Shown here in pieces: positions 1 to 12,479 of a DNA stretch of 64,000 nucleotides (the first letter of the stretch is position 1; the number at the start of each line of letters is the position of its first letter). The notes beneath the pieces were generated by a model. That model had not been told where the DNA came from and searched no databases. It worked only from the letters and a program-made list of their open reading frames with translations. The stretch is taken from the NCBI GenBank assembly GCA_002633005.1, contig NMRA01000247.1:131401-195400 (forward strand), written 5' to 3'. A program made the translations under genes and the position numbers. The stretch is from Phoronis australis (lineage: Eukaryota; Animalia; Phoronida).

Positions 1-288
1 ACCCGCGTCGGCCCAACGTCAAACGTGCCCGACGCTGAGCCAACGTTGGTCCGACGTCAAGACTGAACAATACTCAAAGTAGGACAAATAGGTTGACTTA
101 CACACTGTGACTATAAAAAAATAATATCGCAAGCGTCAAATTTACTTGGAAGTGCAAAACAGTCTTTTAAAAGCCGCATCTCGTAGACCGCCGACCAACG
201 TCGGACCAACGTCAAAAAACCGACCGCGACCAATCGACCTCAAGCCAACGAATGGCGACGTCGGCCCAACGTAGTGATGCTATCTGGG
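1..288. mobile_element. Right end of a non-autonomous TIR element (CCCAG-terminus, EnSpm/CACTA-like MITE)
   Basis: Dense subterminal CCAACGT/ACGTCGG/ACGTTGG motifs ending in TGCTATCTGGG (reverse complement CCCAGATAGCA). The left end is outside the window, so the superfamily call is inference. Confidence 0.5.
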
Positions 289-939
289 CTGGGATTCTGA
301 CTAGGTCGCAAAATGCGACCTGGCGATTTTAATAGCGTCGAGCCCTGGTGGGCATTGCATGTAGGCTCAATGAATGTGGTTTGTTTGTATTTGTGAACAT
401 GCTGTGAATGAAAAAGGTCACTTTCTTGGCTGTAGTTGCACTCTTCTTCAAGATGGCGGCCCCCGGCTGCAATTGTGCATTGCTGGGTAGCGACTGAGAA
501 ATTGGCTGTGATTTTAGGTAGCCCTCAAACAAGCAAGAATTGCCAAAAAACTAGTTGGTTGACAGTACTTTTGGACCACATTTTCAGAATCGGTAGGAAA
601 TTTGCTTCCAGACTCTAATGTTGGCTTTAGTCGTGCATCGGCAGAGAAGTGGTGTTTTTGAGGTGAAAAGTGCCAATTTTGCATTTTTTGCCCTTATTTT
701 TCTTAGTCTAGCTTGGTTTTCAGTGGGAATGAAAGGGTCAAAAGTACAAGAGAGAATAAAGTTTCTGTGCTCATCTGCAGGGCTTTTTATGTGAAATAAT
801 TGAAAACGTGTCATTCTTTGCATCCTGTTTTTGACAAAGTGAAGAAAAGGTGATAAATCAAGTGATGTGTGTTTTGCTGGCCAAAACCCAGTGAGAACTG
901 TTCTGTGCCTCCTTACGCCAATTGTCGAAGTAGCCGAGT

Positions 940-1013
940 TTAACCGACCTCGGGAATCGAACCAGCGATCCCGAATTAACCGGCGAGCGTGCTAACCATT
1001 CAGCAAATAGGCA
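940..1013 (-). pseudogene. tRNA-derived SINE head or tRNA pseudogene in PPIB intron 1
   Basis: Minus strand has A-box-like TTGCTGAATGG and B-box GGTTCGATTCC at tRNA spacing. The acceptor stem pairs poorly, so it is not a functional tRNA. Confidence 0.55.
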
Positions 1014-1137
1014 CACGCACGTTACCGAGGCTAACACTAACAGAGGCTCATACTGCACCGGAACACTTCACAACAACTTGCTGGTGCAAAGGCACTATGT
1101 CTAAGTCAGCTGGTCAATAGACATAAACAGTCTTTAC

Positions 1138-1236
1138 CTTTTTTGAGACCTTTGGTCCAGACTTTTTCGCCTCTCCAGGCAACAGCAAGAAGACTATTAA
1201 CAAAACAGCACAAGAAAATACCAATGCCAACTTCAT
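1138..1236 (-). CDS. PPIB: Peptidyl-prolyl cis-trans isomerase B (cyclophilin B), first coding exon
   Basis: ATG at 1236 (AACCATG) encodes MKLALVFSCAVLLIVFLLLPGEAKKSGPKVSKK, then a phase-0 GTAAAG donor at 1137. Signal peptide plus KKxGPKV matches the cyclophilin B N-terminus (human ...FLLLPG...KKKGPKVTVK|VYFD). No downstream exon was found in 1-1137, so the rest is presumably left of the window. Confidence 0.85.
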
Positions 1237-1295
1237 GGTTTTCCAGTTGAACTTCACAGACATGCAAGCTAGAGAAAAGAGGTCAGATGAGACAC

Positions 1296-1314
1296 CGTGT
1301 GTTCTTCTGATTGG
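1296..1314 (-). promoter_or_regulatory. ERSE-like element (CCAAT-N9-ACACG) 60 bp upstream of the PPIB ATG
   Basis: Minus strand reads CCAAT CAGAAGAAC ACACG. The consensus ERSE is CCAAT-N9-CCACG, so spacing is exact with one mismatch. Confidence 0.55.
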
Positions 1315-2261
1315 TGAACTCTAATCAGGGTCAATGGGAAGTGGCCTCTTGCGGGCTATTTCGACGTTGTAACAAAAGACGTCTCTGAAAAAGTGTACCG
1401 CACTACGGTCTCTGACGCAGGGAACTAGCGAGCGCACTGGAGTCGAATACCTTCTTCAGCACCTTCATGTGATAAGCTAAAATATTGTGAGAAAAAATAT
1501 TAATGTAAGTAGAAATAATCATCACAACAACAACAAGCAATTCTGGAGAATTTCGTTTAGATTTTATGATGCAGAATTATGTTATACCATAGATCCGTCG
1601 CAGTCCATTTTGTTCCGTGCTAACCCTAAATTATCTGGTGCAGTTTCCGGTTAGTATATTTTGACGGGAAATTCTCGCATATAGTTTATTGTCCAGTACA
1701 ACGAAAAATATAACTATAAAAGGTTGAACTCTAAGAATTTGCTAAGCCTAGGCTACAGGCTTCAACTGTTCTAAATCCAAGTAAAATTTGTGTACACCTC
1801 CCTCAGACTGGTATAAACAGGGATATTCCTGACCACATTTGAACCTGTGCCCTTTGAGTGGCCCTGATGATAAAAAGTGTCTTTTTTCAAAAACGTGTGC
1901 CCGGCAGACTTGGTGTAATTAAGTGGTAACACATGAAACAAACCTCAAGAGCACTGAAAATTAGAACCATGCTCACGTAAAAGTTGTAGCCTATACATGC
2001 ACGAAATGGTAATTCACGATCAAATATTGAAAAATGTTAACGGCCTGTTCACTCATTTTAATTAAATCTGTAACATTACCCGTAAGTTGCACGGCGCTGT
2101 AAGTTGACGAATAGAATCTTGCATTTTTGGAAGATTTCGTTTTCAAAGATGCTCCTGGGGTGCCACTACTGCAATGTGCTTGTGCCCTTTTGTATGCACT
2201 AATAGCATAAATGCACATTCAGGAATATGCCTGCATAAACATCAGAAACCTTCTTTCCTTG

Positions 2262-4400
2262 ATTCCTGTAAATAGGTTTCATTACCACAAAAAATCACAA
2301 TGTCATCTGCATACATGAGACAGGATAAATTACATACATCAAAATTCACATCTTTGCTACACTGAACTGTTCAAATCATCAATCAAATCATTTATGAAAA
2401 TTGAAAAAAATGTAGGCGATAATGGGTCTCCCTGTCTGACCCCTCTTTGTACCGGGAACCAGTTGAGAAAACTTGACTGACCTAATTGTACGGCAGGCTT
2501 CTGTCTCCGCATACAACGATTTTACTGAGTGATATAATTTTCCAACCACTCCTAAATCAATTAATTTTTTAATGAAAATTTTCTATCTAAATTGTCAAAA
2601 GCCCATTCCATATCGACGAATATCACAAACGTTGGTCTATTACAACCTATCCTATTTCTAACAATAGACGTGAGTGTAAACACGTGGTCAAGACAAGACC
2701 TCCCCTGTCAAAAACCATTTTGTTCATCATTCAGTTTGTGTTCGACATTCAGAAACTCGGTTAATCTCCTGTTTAGTACATTACAATACATTTTGCTCAC
2801 GGTGGAGAGCAGACTTATTGTTGGACAGTAAATTCAAATCTCTATCTGATCCTTTCGGTATAGGGGTGATAATCGCTTTATACCATAATGATGGAATAAA
2901 TCCAGTGTCAAAGACCTTCTGAAGGAGCGAGACCAAAATATTAACCATCTCTGGAGATCTCAGCACTTCGTATGGGATCCCGTCTATACCAGTGGCCTTA
3001 CCCGATTTTAATTTGCGAATAACAGAATAAACTTCAAAAACGTAAAACTTTTTTCCAGTACTTCTTTTACATGACCCGAACATTCAGCATATTGCGTTGC
3101 TTTCTCCAAATCCTCTACGTTTTGACTTTCAGCCTAGCCATTGGAATTTTCGCAAACAAATCTCTAAAACTGGCCTCCCATCTTCCTGAGGGAATAGTGT
3201 TTTCATGTCTCTTCTTGAGCCGAGGTCCTAAGTTCTTGAGCTCCTTCCAAAAAACATTGGGGTCATTTTCACATGATTCTTCAATCAGTGTTAATTTATT
3301 TTTCAAATACTGCCTTTTTAAAAACCCGAATCTCTTGTCAAAGTAATATCTAGAGTTCTCACATTCATGCAGTCGCTCCCTTCGTCGTTTAGTAATTTTT
3401 CTTTGAGGGAATTATAAATCTCATCGATTTCATATTGTCTTCGACACTCATTTTCTAAAATTAAAAGCAAATCTCCAATCAGACCCTTTTAAAAATCTCA
3501 TTATCCATGAATTCACTAGGGATAGAATTTAATTTAAACCGTTTTCTAAATCGCATATGAAAAGAGTTATCCGTACCGTGATCCTCTAAAGTTTCGTCAC
3601 TGATATTCACTGGAACGTGTAGAATAATTTCTAATAACGATACACTGTGATCAGGAAGTTCTGACTTTTCTGACAATAATCCCTGTAAATGATGTTTGTC
3701 AACTACCTCTGTACAAGCATGGACCTCAAATTTAAGACAAGATTGAAGCGAGTCATGGGGGACAATAAAGTAATCTACAACCGCTCTTCCTCTATGACTT
3801 ATTGAGGTGAAGTTATCTTTACTTATCTCTTTCCTACCATTCACTATGCAAGTTTCAGAGCCCGGCTCTGCTTTATCTATTACGACTCGTTTATTTACTT
3901 GACAATCAACAACTGGAATGTAATCATTCAAGTTACACACTCTCGAGTTAAAATCTCCACATATAACAATGTCATCTGCTATATCTGCATGTAAATATAA
4001 CTGGCATAATAGATGGCTACAGAAACTATCCGGATCACAACCTCTTGAATAGTTCTCAGGTGTTAAATAGCAACAAAATACAATTATACAATAGTCTGAA
4101 CGTATATGAGTTAGTCTAAAAGCTAATATACCATCACACGACTTATCAACAATATCAATTTAAAATGTTTTTAACAAATCATTTTTAACAAATATTCCTA
4201 CCCCACCCGAACCTCTTGGGGCCCGCTTGGTTATAAGCTGCCTATTGTGTCCGTACCAACAATAAACGGGCAAAGCATGTAAATGAGTTTCTACCACCCC
4301 TATGATGTGGGCGTTGAATGAAGACAGCAATTGTTCACGGAGCAATGAATTGTTGCAATATGTTCTTTTAATTATAGCTTGCATTTATTAACATTGAGAT
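2262..4400 (-). mobile_element. Degenerate non-LTR retrotransposon (RTEX-like): APE endonuclease plus N-terminal RT, 3'-truncated
   Basis: Frameshifted fragments IIGVVETHL, GSGGVGIFVK, GDFNSRV, VVDYFIV, LPDHS, KATGIDGIPYE, QGDPLSPTFF and MYADD. The RT part is closely similar to 53231-53845 in opposite orientation. Confidence 0.9.
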
Positions 4401-5272
4401 GCTATTTATTCACTTCACTTTTTATGTATGTGTAACCGACATATTAATGGGTCACAAGAAGATTGAAAGATGTCACGTGATTCCTATCTGTGAGGGCATC
4501 AAGCTTGATGTCTCGAAGGAGCGAACTGATTGATTAGGTAAATATGTATTTCAGTTAATTTGTAAACAGTTTGTACCACTTTGTTCTCATATTTTTGCAA
4601 TAAACTATGAATCTGGTATTTTTAAAATTTCTTAAAATAATCAAAAATTCATTTGAAGACATTTGTTCCACTTCTCCATGTACGGAAGGAAAGTATTTTT
4701 AATTGATATAATTGTGCTGTTATAGACATGAATCTCATTATTTTCTTCTTATTTTCATTCATTTATTTCATTGGTTTTAGTTGTTTTAACTGTACAAACG
4801 TGTCTTCCATATAGACAAATTACTCGCTTAGTCAAAATATGTACTTTAGAATTCAGTGACGGTTGGTTTTTGGTTGAGACTAAACTCTATATATGTTGAC
4901 GTGTCACAGCATGTCATTTTATTCGCCAATCATGGTCTCAAGAAGTAGAGATTTGTCAGTTGTATGTTTCTTGATGTTTCATATTGTCAAGTATGGAGTA
5001 TAAACCATAAAGTGTTTCTTCTTTCAGTCTACCCTCACGTAAATGTTTGACTTCACAGTTCATCAAGACGGAATAGCCTGTCAGTTGTCACGGTTCTGCC
5101 AGACTTCCATGATCCAAATTCCAAATAAATAGTCTTGGACTGTCAGATTACAGTGCTTTAGCATTCCAGAAAAAAAATATGTTCTTGTTATGACTCTGTC
5201 TAGTGAAAACTAAATTAATGTGTGAAGTTGTTCCAAATGTGTTTTGAAACAGGGACAGTTTGAAGTAGTTCT

Positions 5273-5315
5273 CACGCACGCATGCACGCACGCACACACA
5301 CACACACACACACTC

Positions 5316-5380
<65 letters not shown>
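5273..5380. repeat. (CA)n microsatellite with a few CACG interruptions
   Basis: Seen directly in the sequence. Confidence 0.98.
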
Positions 5381-5381
<1 letters not shown>

Positions 5382-5454
5382 TTGCAGTTACTTCCAAGTG
5401 GTTTTTATTAATAGATGACATTTTTCTACCACACATTTATCTTGCCACATATTC

Positions 5455-5523
5455 ATCTTGCTTCTCTGCAGATTAACTTCAAGTCATTTATCTTGCTTCT
5501 CTGCAGATTACCTTCAAGTCATG
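5455..5523. repeat. Two-copy ~34-bp tandem repeat
   Basis: ATCTTGCTTCTCTGCAGATTA(A/C)CTTCAAGTCAT occurs twice in tandem. Confidence 0.8.
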
Positions 5524-6490
5524 TCATCTGCAAATATGAGGAACATACACAAATGTTCTTTTAAATATAGTCAACATTTCATTCATTCATTCATCAAATT
5601 GTTATGTAATATTGAGCTGATCAGGGGATGACTATCTGAGTGTGTGACAAACACAATTTTCCTTTCTGGTGAACAAACTTGCTTTTTGCAGTGGTTGTTA
5701 GACCATATCTCTAATAAAAACATTTCTGCGAATTGCTGCAGGTTAATTCATTTCATCCACTCTTCATCACATTTAAGTACGTTACTTGCTCATGACATTG
5801 CATTCTAATTATAATGTATTTTACTTACATAATCTTTCTATGAGGTTCATCCCTTTTGGACCACGTGTTATTTGTATCTGTAGATACCCCATGCATGTTC
5901 ATTAAACTTAATGTCTTGTCATGTGGTACTGTGTTAATTACTAGAGTGTTAACCACATTCTATTTTGTAGTATCTATTGTATTGTATTGTATTGCATTGC
6001 ATTTCCAATGTAGTACATTGCATTTCTGTTTCTCTTATACATTCATTGTTGTATCATATGGATATTCATTAGTGTAGAATGTTTTCATCATTAGATGATG
6101 GTATTTAATAATTGTGCAGTCTTGTTTAGTTACTTCGTATATTTAAAGTTTGTGGTCATTAATAAAGGTCATTTTTCTGTCATATATATTACTTGCCTTG
6201 TTTCAATGCAGACTAGCTGCAGATTACCTCCTCTGCAAATAAGAAAAACGTTAATGGTGCATTTGTTTGTTTCCAGGTACAAAAGGTCATAATATACAAA
6301 ATAGTGAGCATTGATGTGTACATTGCAGATGTAATGGATTACGGTCTGAAGGTCTGTGCTTGTTTACTTATTGCCAAAATAACTTTGCCGTGACGTGTGC
6401 TTGATTAAAACGATTATCAAAAAGTTTACAAATGTCATTCTTGCCCAAAAAACGACTGGACAGAGTCTTAGTTCATGAACGCTTTTTGCC

Positions 6491-6780
6491 GTGTAAGGTG
6501 CTCCCGTAACGAGACTCAAGTACAGTAAGGTGCTCACCTCGAAGGACACCCATGCAGAGTGCAAGGTGCTCGCGCTATGAGACCCGGTGCGGTAAGGTAC
6601 TCGCGTTAAAAGACCCCCAGAATGTAGGGTGCTCCCGTTATGACACTACAGTACTATGAGACCCGGTTCGATAAGGTGCTCGTTTTAAAAGACCCCCAGT
6701 GGTGTAAAGTGCTCACGTAATGAGACTTAGTACAGTAAGGTGTTCGAGTTAAAAGACACTCATAGTGTAAGGTGCTCACG
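6491..6780. repeat. Diverged ~32-bp minisatellite with alternating A/B units
   Basis: Core TAAGGTGCTC or a near match starts at 6494, 6526, 6562, 6593, 6625, 6672, 6705, 6736 and 6768. Confidence 0.8.
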
Positions 6781-7445
6781 CTGCATTGCAGTGCGACGCA
6801 CACCGACGGCCGGGTCGAAACTAAATGAAGTTAGTTGGCCACCCTGTCCCTGCCACAGTCTTCATGAAGTCTGGGAGTCTCATTCAGTCTTCTTAAATTT
6901 GAAACCGCCGTTGGTCGTCGCAGCCTTGACGCGTGCCCTAGATGTTGTCTCTGCTTGAGAATATGAGCCGTGATCACACAATCAAGAGTACTAACTGTCG
7001 GAGTTCTGGGCCCAGTCTCGAATCTTTGTACCCGAGAATGGAATTCAAAATTATGTTTGGCATGTTTTACTCTACTTTTGTGCGAATTCAAGAAAAGTGC
7101 ATTCTGTGCTCGAGTATATAATGACTTACTCCGATAATTTATCAATCCTAGTATGCCGTTCATAAACCCAACATTAAAGCTAAAATTTCGAGTTTGAACT
7201 CAGTCCATATTTCGAGTTTTTACTCGGCTTTGTAGCACGAATGTATAAAAGTCTTCAAGTGCAAATTATAGAAACTCGTATGCATAAACTACAATTACTC
7301 GACCACAGTCTAATAAATAACCACTTATCTTGAGTTCGCAAAAAGGAGCAGAGAAATTGCCAAAAATAATTTCGAGTTTGTTTCGAGTCACGACAAAGAT
7401 TAGAGACCCTGGTTTTGGAATAGTGGAAATTCAGTGAAATTTAGA

Positions 7446-7512
7446 AGGTAGCGAACCTTCGGAGTAGTGGACATTCGGAGTACTGGACCTTCAGAGTATT
7501 GAACCTTCGCCA
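7446..7512. repeat. 16-bp tandem repeat (GGAGTAGTGGACCTTC-like)
   Basis: About 4 diverged copies. A related remnant lies at ~60137-60182. Confidence 0.6.
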
Positions 7513-7610
7513 TCATGATAGAGACATCGAACCTTGGAAATCTTTTTCATCACGTTTGTAGCTCGTATAAAGTCTGCAGGGTAGGGCACCAATGACATTG
7601 ATTGACTAGA

Positions 7611-10600
7611 GGTTCATTCTCCACTAAAGTGTGCAATTGGAAAAAATTATGTGAAAAAATAAAGTTGTCACTATTCCTTAAAAATGTGTTGGAATAAGAT
7701 TGTTAATGTAAGTAGCAGAAGAGCAAAAAGGGGCTGATTCATAACTCTGCTGATTTTGGTTGTGCGAGTGGACAAAGAAGGGGACCCAATTTTAACTGTT
7801 CATAGATACGTTATTGGGCGGAATTTTAATTTATCGTGCAAATATCTAAACATTTATACATTAAACTAGATATCATACGTTTTTTATGTAGTATACACCT
7901 CTGGGTTATGATAGGGAACTTTGCTTGTTTACAATAAAACGGATCTTCAATTTTATGGTTGTACTTTTGATTTGTACGATAATGCCAAGACTACGAAAAA
8001 AAAAAATCAAATGCATGACAATAGATGTTACCTTGGAATGAGGCCACGTGTATTTTATGTAAGCCAAAACAAGGCGACTTGCAGGCAATGGCGACACTGT
8101 GAAGGTAGTTCACAGACAGTAAATGAAAGAAAATTTGTTAGTGGCAAGACTTAAACAAAGACATACCTTTCATAACGTATCTATGAAGAATTTACGGTCA
8201 CATTAAAAAACAGCCTGGAAAGACTTTATAGGCTTTTTATCGAACCACAGTGTTGGAAAGCTTACTTGAAGTTAGTTATGTTATTTAAAGATATTTTCTG
8301 CTAACATGTATCTTTTGTGCTCATATTTTGTACACTGGTTTATATTTCTAGCACTCCCATCCGAGAACTTCTCCAAACAAACCTCAAATTGATTATTTTG
8401 CTCCAACGTATGCTACAACATCACTAATTAACCAAAATTTGCAACGTTTGACCATTAGACTATGAAACGAAAACGTAAAACTATGGGTCTGAAAAGAATT
8501 TTTATCTATTATAACGTGTCTATGAAATGTTGAGCAAGAAAAAATTAATATCGTTTCACGTGTACTTCTGGACACACTGTCACAAAAATGCTTCTGGTGT
8601 CCTGTATTGCGTTGGTATATTTGGCTTCTTTCAGCTCTTCAACAATGCAGATTGCAGCTACCAACTTTTTGTTATCCGTCTAGAAAGTGCTCTTGTCCTG
8701 ATTTGGACTTTGATGTTGCGAGTGATTCGCACCAGTGAAATTATCATCCAGGTTTCTGTCGTTATCAGGTGTATTGCCATCCTCAAAATTGCGAGGCGTG
8801 ATTTTCCTGCATAACCGCGAACACCGTTGTCTCCACTTTGCTACGTAGGTTTTTGACTTCTCTACTTAAGTTCCATTTTCTGTGTTCTGTATCTCGCATG
8901 TCTGAGACTTTAGACCTGCGGGATGTCCTTATTCTTATCTTGAAAGATCGGCTCTACGCAAAGCTTTTCATTTGATCTCGTAAGTTAATGTCCCAAGGCC
9001 TTCGTTTTCTTTTGAACTGGTCACCTGGTTGCTCTTTGCGCCATTGTCGACATGGTGTTTTCAGATCTAGGACTTGAAACGACGTCGTCCGTAGCAGATA
9101 ATTGTTTCTTCTTTCTGTAGTATCTCCTATTGTAAATTCTAGCCTTGGAGTTGTCCATTTTTTGGGTGTCAGATTTCGGGGAAGCGACAACCTTGTATCC
9201 GTTATGTGTTTCTTTTTCCTTTCTCAGGAAATCAGGATAGTTGCGTTTTTTACTTTCCCGACATGCTTTTTGAATCTCATAATGTCTGAAAGAGAAAAGA
9301 CCCAATAAATACTGAATACCACGTCTGTACGAGGGACAAATGCCTATGCGCAGCATGCTAGACATACCCAGTTTGAGTCACTGAGAAATATAAGTGTTCG
9401 CTTTCAGACCAGGGGGAAGTCATCTTTTTAGGGCAGGGGGTGTGGCCGGGCTCCAAACATGGGGCGAAATTTATACCAAGAAATGCGACCCATATTTGTA
9501 ACAAGAGCAAAAATTGAGACCCATATTTTTACCTCATCTGGAAACGTGTGGAAGGTGAAAAAAGTGACCAAATTTATACCAAAAAATGAAAAATGCGACC
9601 CATTTGGGCGGCATGTCCCCATCACCTTTTTTATTACATTGATTGCCCAAAGGATTTCAGTTTTCAATGAAATATAAATGCATTTAAGGCAAAACTCTAA
9701 AATATCGTCACTGTAAGCTTTAACTCCGTCCTTGCCTAAGAAAAAACCCAGTCATCAGTTTGAGGATTTTTCATACATATAAAATTTTGAATCACAGAAA
9801 ACTCTTCAATTACTCATTTTACTTTTATGTGGAGCCGCTTCTCAATTTACTAAAGCTATTTCGCATGTAAATATACACTCCGTTTAAACATGCTTGATTT
9901 GAATTGTCACTATCTTGTTTGAAGGGGATTCATAGATACGTTATATAGCGCGACATGAATCCGTTACTACAGAAGGCCTGTTTCGGTTGGACCTTACAAT
10001 TTTGTTTATTTTCACTAAACATAGGACTGTTTCTTAACGCTATGAAAGCTATATCGCTTTGGAAAACACTGTCCATTTTAAATCTGACAATAACTTTACT
10101 TACCTCGCCAAAGATGTAACTGATCACGCTTTGAATCACTCGGCTGTGTCTTCAGGCTGTCGATTTTGGCGCAATAAAAAAAATATGTCGGTTCTTCCAA
10201 AATGGAACACGACAGCATGGGAAAATGGTGTACATCGCATAAACTAAATAGATAACGTATCTATCATATAACGTATCACTGAAACCAAAAACAAAACTGA
10301 CGACGCACGACACAATTCTGAAGAAAGGAATGAAACGACCATTTCAATACACTGTTACAGTAATCCCAACAGCATTAAAAGCACTTACATTCCCAGGATG
10401 CCTCCCAGTTTCACTAAACGTAATTACGTATCTATGAAAATAATTGGGTAACAATTTGAATTTCGTACTTCAGAGACACTGCAGCTCTTTCTGTTAATAT
10501 CTATGAAATTAATGATTTTGTGTCCTGAATACATAATGTTTTGACAATAAAAAAGCGTGACAATATTATTTGACAGTGTGAATATAAGTCCAGGGATGAC

Positions 10601-10994
10601 TCATGTGCAGTCATAACGTATCTATGACTGATTTTTGTGACAACTATATTTTCTTCTCCAGAATTAAAAAAAAAAACATTGGTCGGACTTCACATCAACA
10701 TTTTTTCTTCGATTAATATCTGTAACTAAAACGTGTAACCTTACTAATCAGGCAGCAAACTTTAAACAAAAATATGCAAAACGTACACAATTTACTACGG
10801 TGAAAAATGCCGAAAATGGGACTTCGAACCTCAGACAGTGCAAAAACTGTCCAACTTAGAACAAAAAATTGTATTATCCATGGCTCCACCGATAGTAAAT
10901 TTGAGTTCGACTAAAACACGGGAGTGGTTTTGGACATTTTAATTGTTCTTTCGACACCGTTTTTTGTATTGCGCACTTTAGTGGAGAATGAACC
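7611..10994. mobile_element. 3.4-kb non-autonomous DNA transposon with 27-bp TIRs and 4-bp TSD (TAGA); superfamily unresolved
   Basis: GGTTCATTCTCCACTAAAGTG(T/C)GCAAT is inverted at both ends. TAGA lies at 7607-7610 and 10995-10998. The internal motif TAACGTATCTATG recurs at least 7 times. Confidence 0.85.
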
Positions 10995-12420
10995 TAGAGT
11001 AGATTTTCATTGACCAAAGTTGAGGTCTGGGCCTACTTTTCCATTATAACGTGAAAATGCTCGGCGGGGTATTCTCAGTGCAAGAAAACACGGTGGCTGA
11101 ATATCTGGTTTTTGAGCACGACTGCCTCACTCACTGAGTTTAAAAGAAAGGAAACGCACACACGTGTACACGCATGGCTGTCAATCCACCAATCCACGAT
11201 CACAGTGGACACTGGATGAACAACATATTCATATTTGACGATCACTTTCAATTCAAAATTTTAAAACGCCTACACTTCTACCGTACTATGCTTCCAATTA
11301 AACCAAAATAGCAGATTAACAAATTTCAGTTTTCTGCTGTTCCCTTTGGTTTCTTGGCCGAGTTTAAGGCATTCACGCCACAATATTTTTTTTTGGGAGC
11401 TCTCTCGTTGCTATCATGCATCTTACTTAGGTCGTACGGGCTAGACTTAGTGCTTAGACCGGTATAGACATTCATTTCTAGACACCCTTTGGTCAGTGTA
11501 GCCACCACGCGCGTAAAAGCCTCCTCTTACCGTATGCGCGATCCTGTCATCTACACAAACTGCGGCACTCGGGCGAATTTGGTCGAGTACGGTCCGATGC
11601 CACGCGAAGCGCTTTCTCGGAATCAGGCGACAAATTGATCTATTTGTTACTTAGTAACTTCAGTGTCATTGTACTTATAGTAGCACCAGCAGCAGTGCAA
11701 CAATTTTGTTGTTGTATGGAGTTCTCTGTAGGCTCGGTTTATGAGAAAGATGTAGATTGTCCAAAACTGATCAATTTCCCCAAATTTGCCATAATCATTG
11801 TGTGAAATGACGCGGAAACTAAAGTTAATAGCGCGCTGGCGCGCATACCGTCATGCAGCGCAGAGACGACAGTAATTAAAGACGGCATTTCGATTATTCC
11901 TTGTTTTAGCAGTTGCATCAAATGACTCGTCCGAAGACAGAGGGGTGCTGATGACTGATAAATTAGGACAACAAAAAATCGAAATTCGTGCAAACACAAT
12001 GTGCTATCGCTCGATTTAGGTTTTGTTTTTGACAGGTCAGTGAACGGAGTATTCGCTGTTCGCATAGACTTGTCAGGTCACTCCAACCCGGCTCAGGCGC
12101 GATGTTTCTGGTTTTCACGCCCTGACGAAAACTTGCGGACAAAAATCTCTCATTTGTGTGGTGACATGTCATATATCGTATGCCTACGGACTCATAAGTA
12201 GTGTCAAGCGGTGTCCCTGCCCGGCCGCGGCCTTTTTGTAAGACTGGTCTTGCCACCTTGTGACTGGTAAAGAAAAATCAAATCACTTCCGGTTAACTGG
12301 GTTTATTTTTAGACGAGTCGGGTCGAGGACGAATTTCCGACCACTTCGAGCGAAATGGGCTAGAGAAGATCGTGTGTGATATTACTGTCTATCTTGTCTT
12401 CCGATTTATTGGTGCTTTAA

Positions 12421-12479
12421 ATGGAGTTTTCCCAAGGCAATTTCGAGGATATTTACGAGATTGGACCCGACCTAGGAAG
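12421..12479 (+). CDS. DAPK1: Death-associated protein kinase, coding exon 1
   Basis: MEFSQGNFEDIYEIGPDLG-AG|GTAAAT. Phase 2 joins exon 2 to rebuild the Gly-rich loop LGSGKF (human YYDTGEELGSGQF). Confidence 0.85.

Noticed and set aside
940-1013. Functional tRNA gene
   Set aside because: A and B boxes are present but the acceptor and anticodon stems do not pair; treated as a SINE head or pseudogene.
1860-1902. Third hammerhead (CTGATGA...stem...AAAA)
   Set aside because: The essential G of GAAA is missing, and there is no NUH site with a paired stem I.
5148-5476. CVCV/HTHT ORFs
   Set aside because: Translations of the (CA)n microsatellite.
6491-6780. CRISPR array
   Set aside because: Eukaryotic context, no cas genes, a core of only 10 bp, and mutually homologous spacers.
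7010-7411. MITE with TCGAG subterminal motifs
   Set aside because: Only a partial inverted match (GTCTC.AATCTTTGT) and no TSD; too decayed to call.
8954-9365. Basic ORFs as a host gene
   Set aside because: They lie inside a TIR element, are interrupted in all frames, and contain no recognisable domain.
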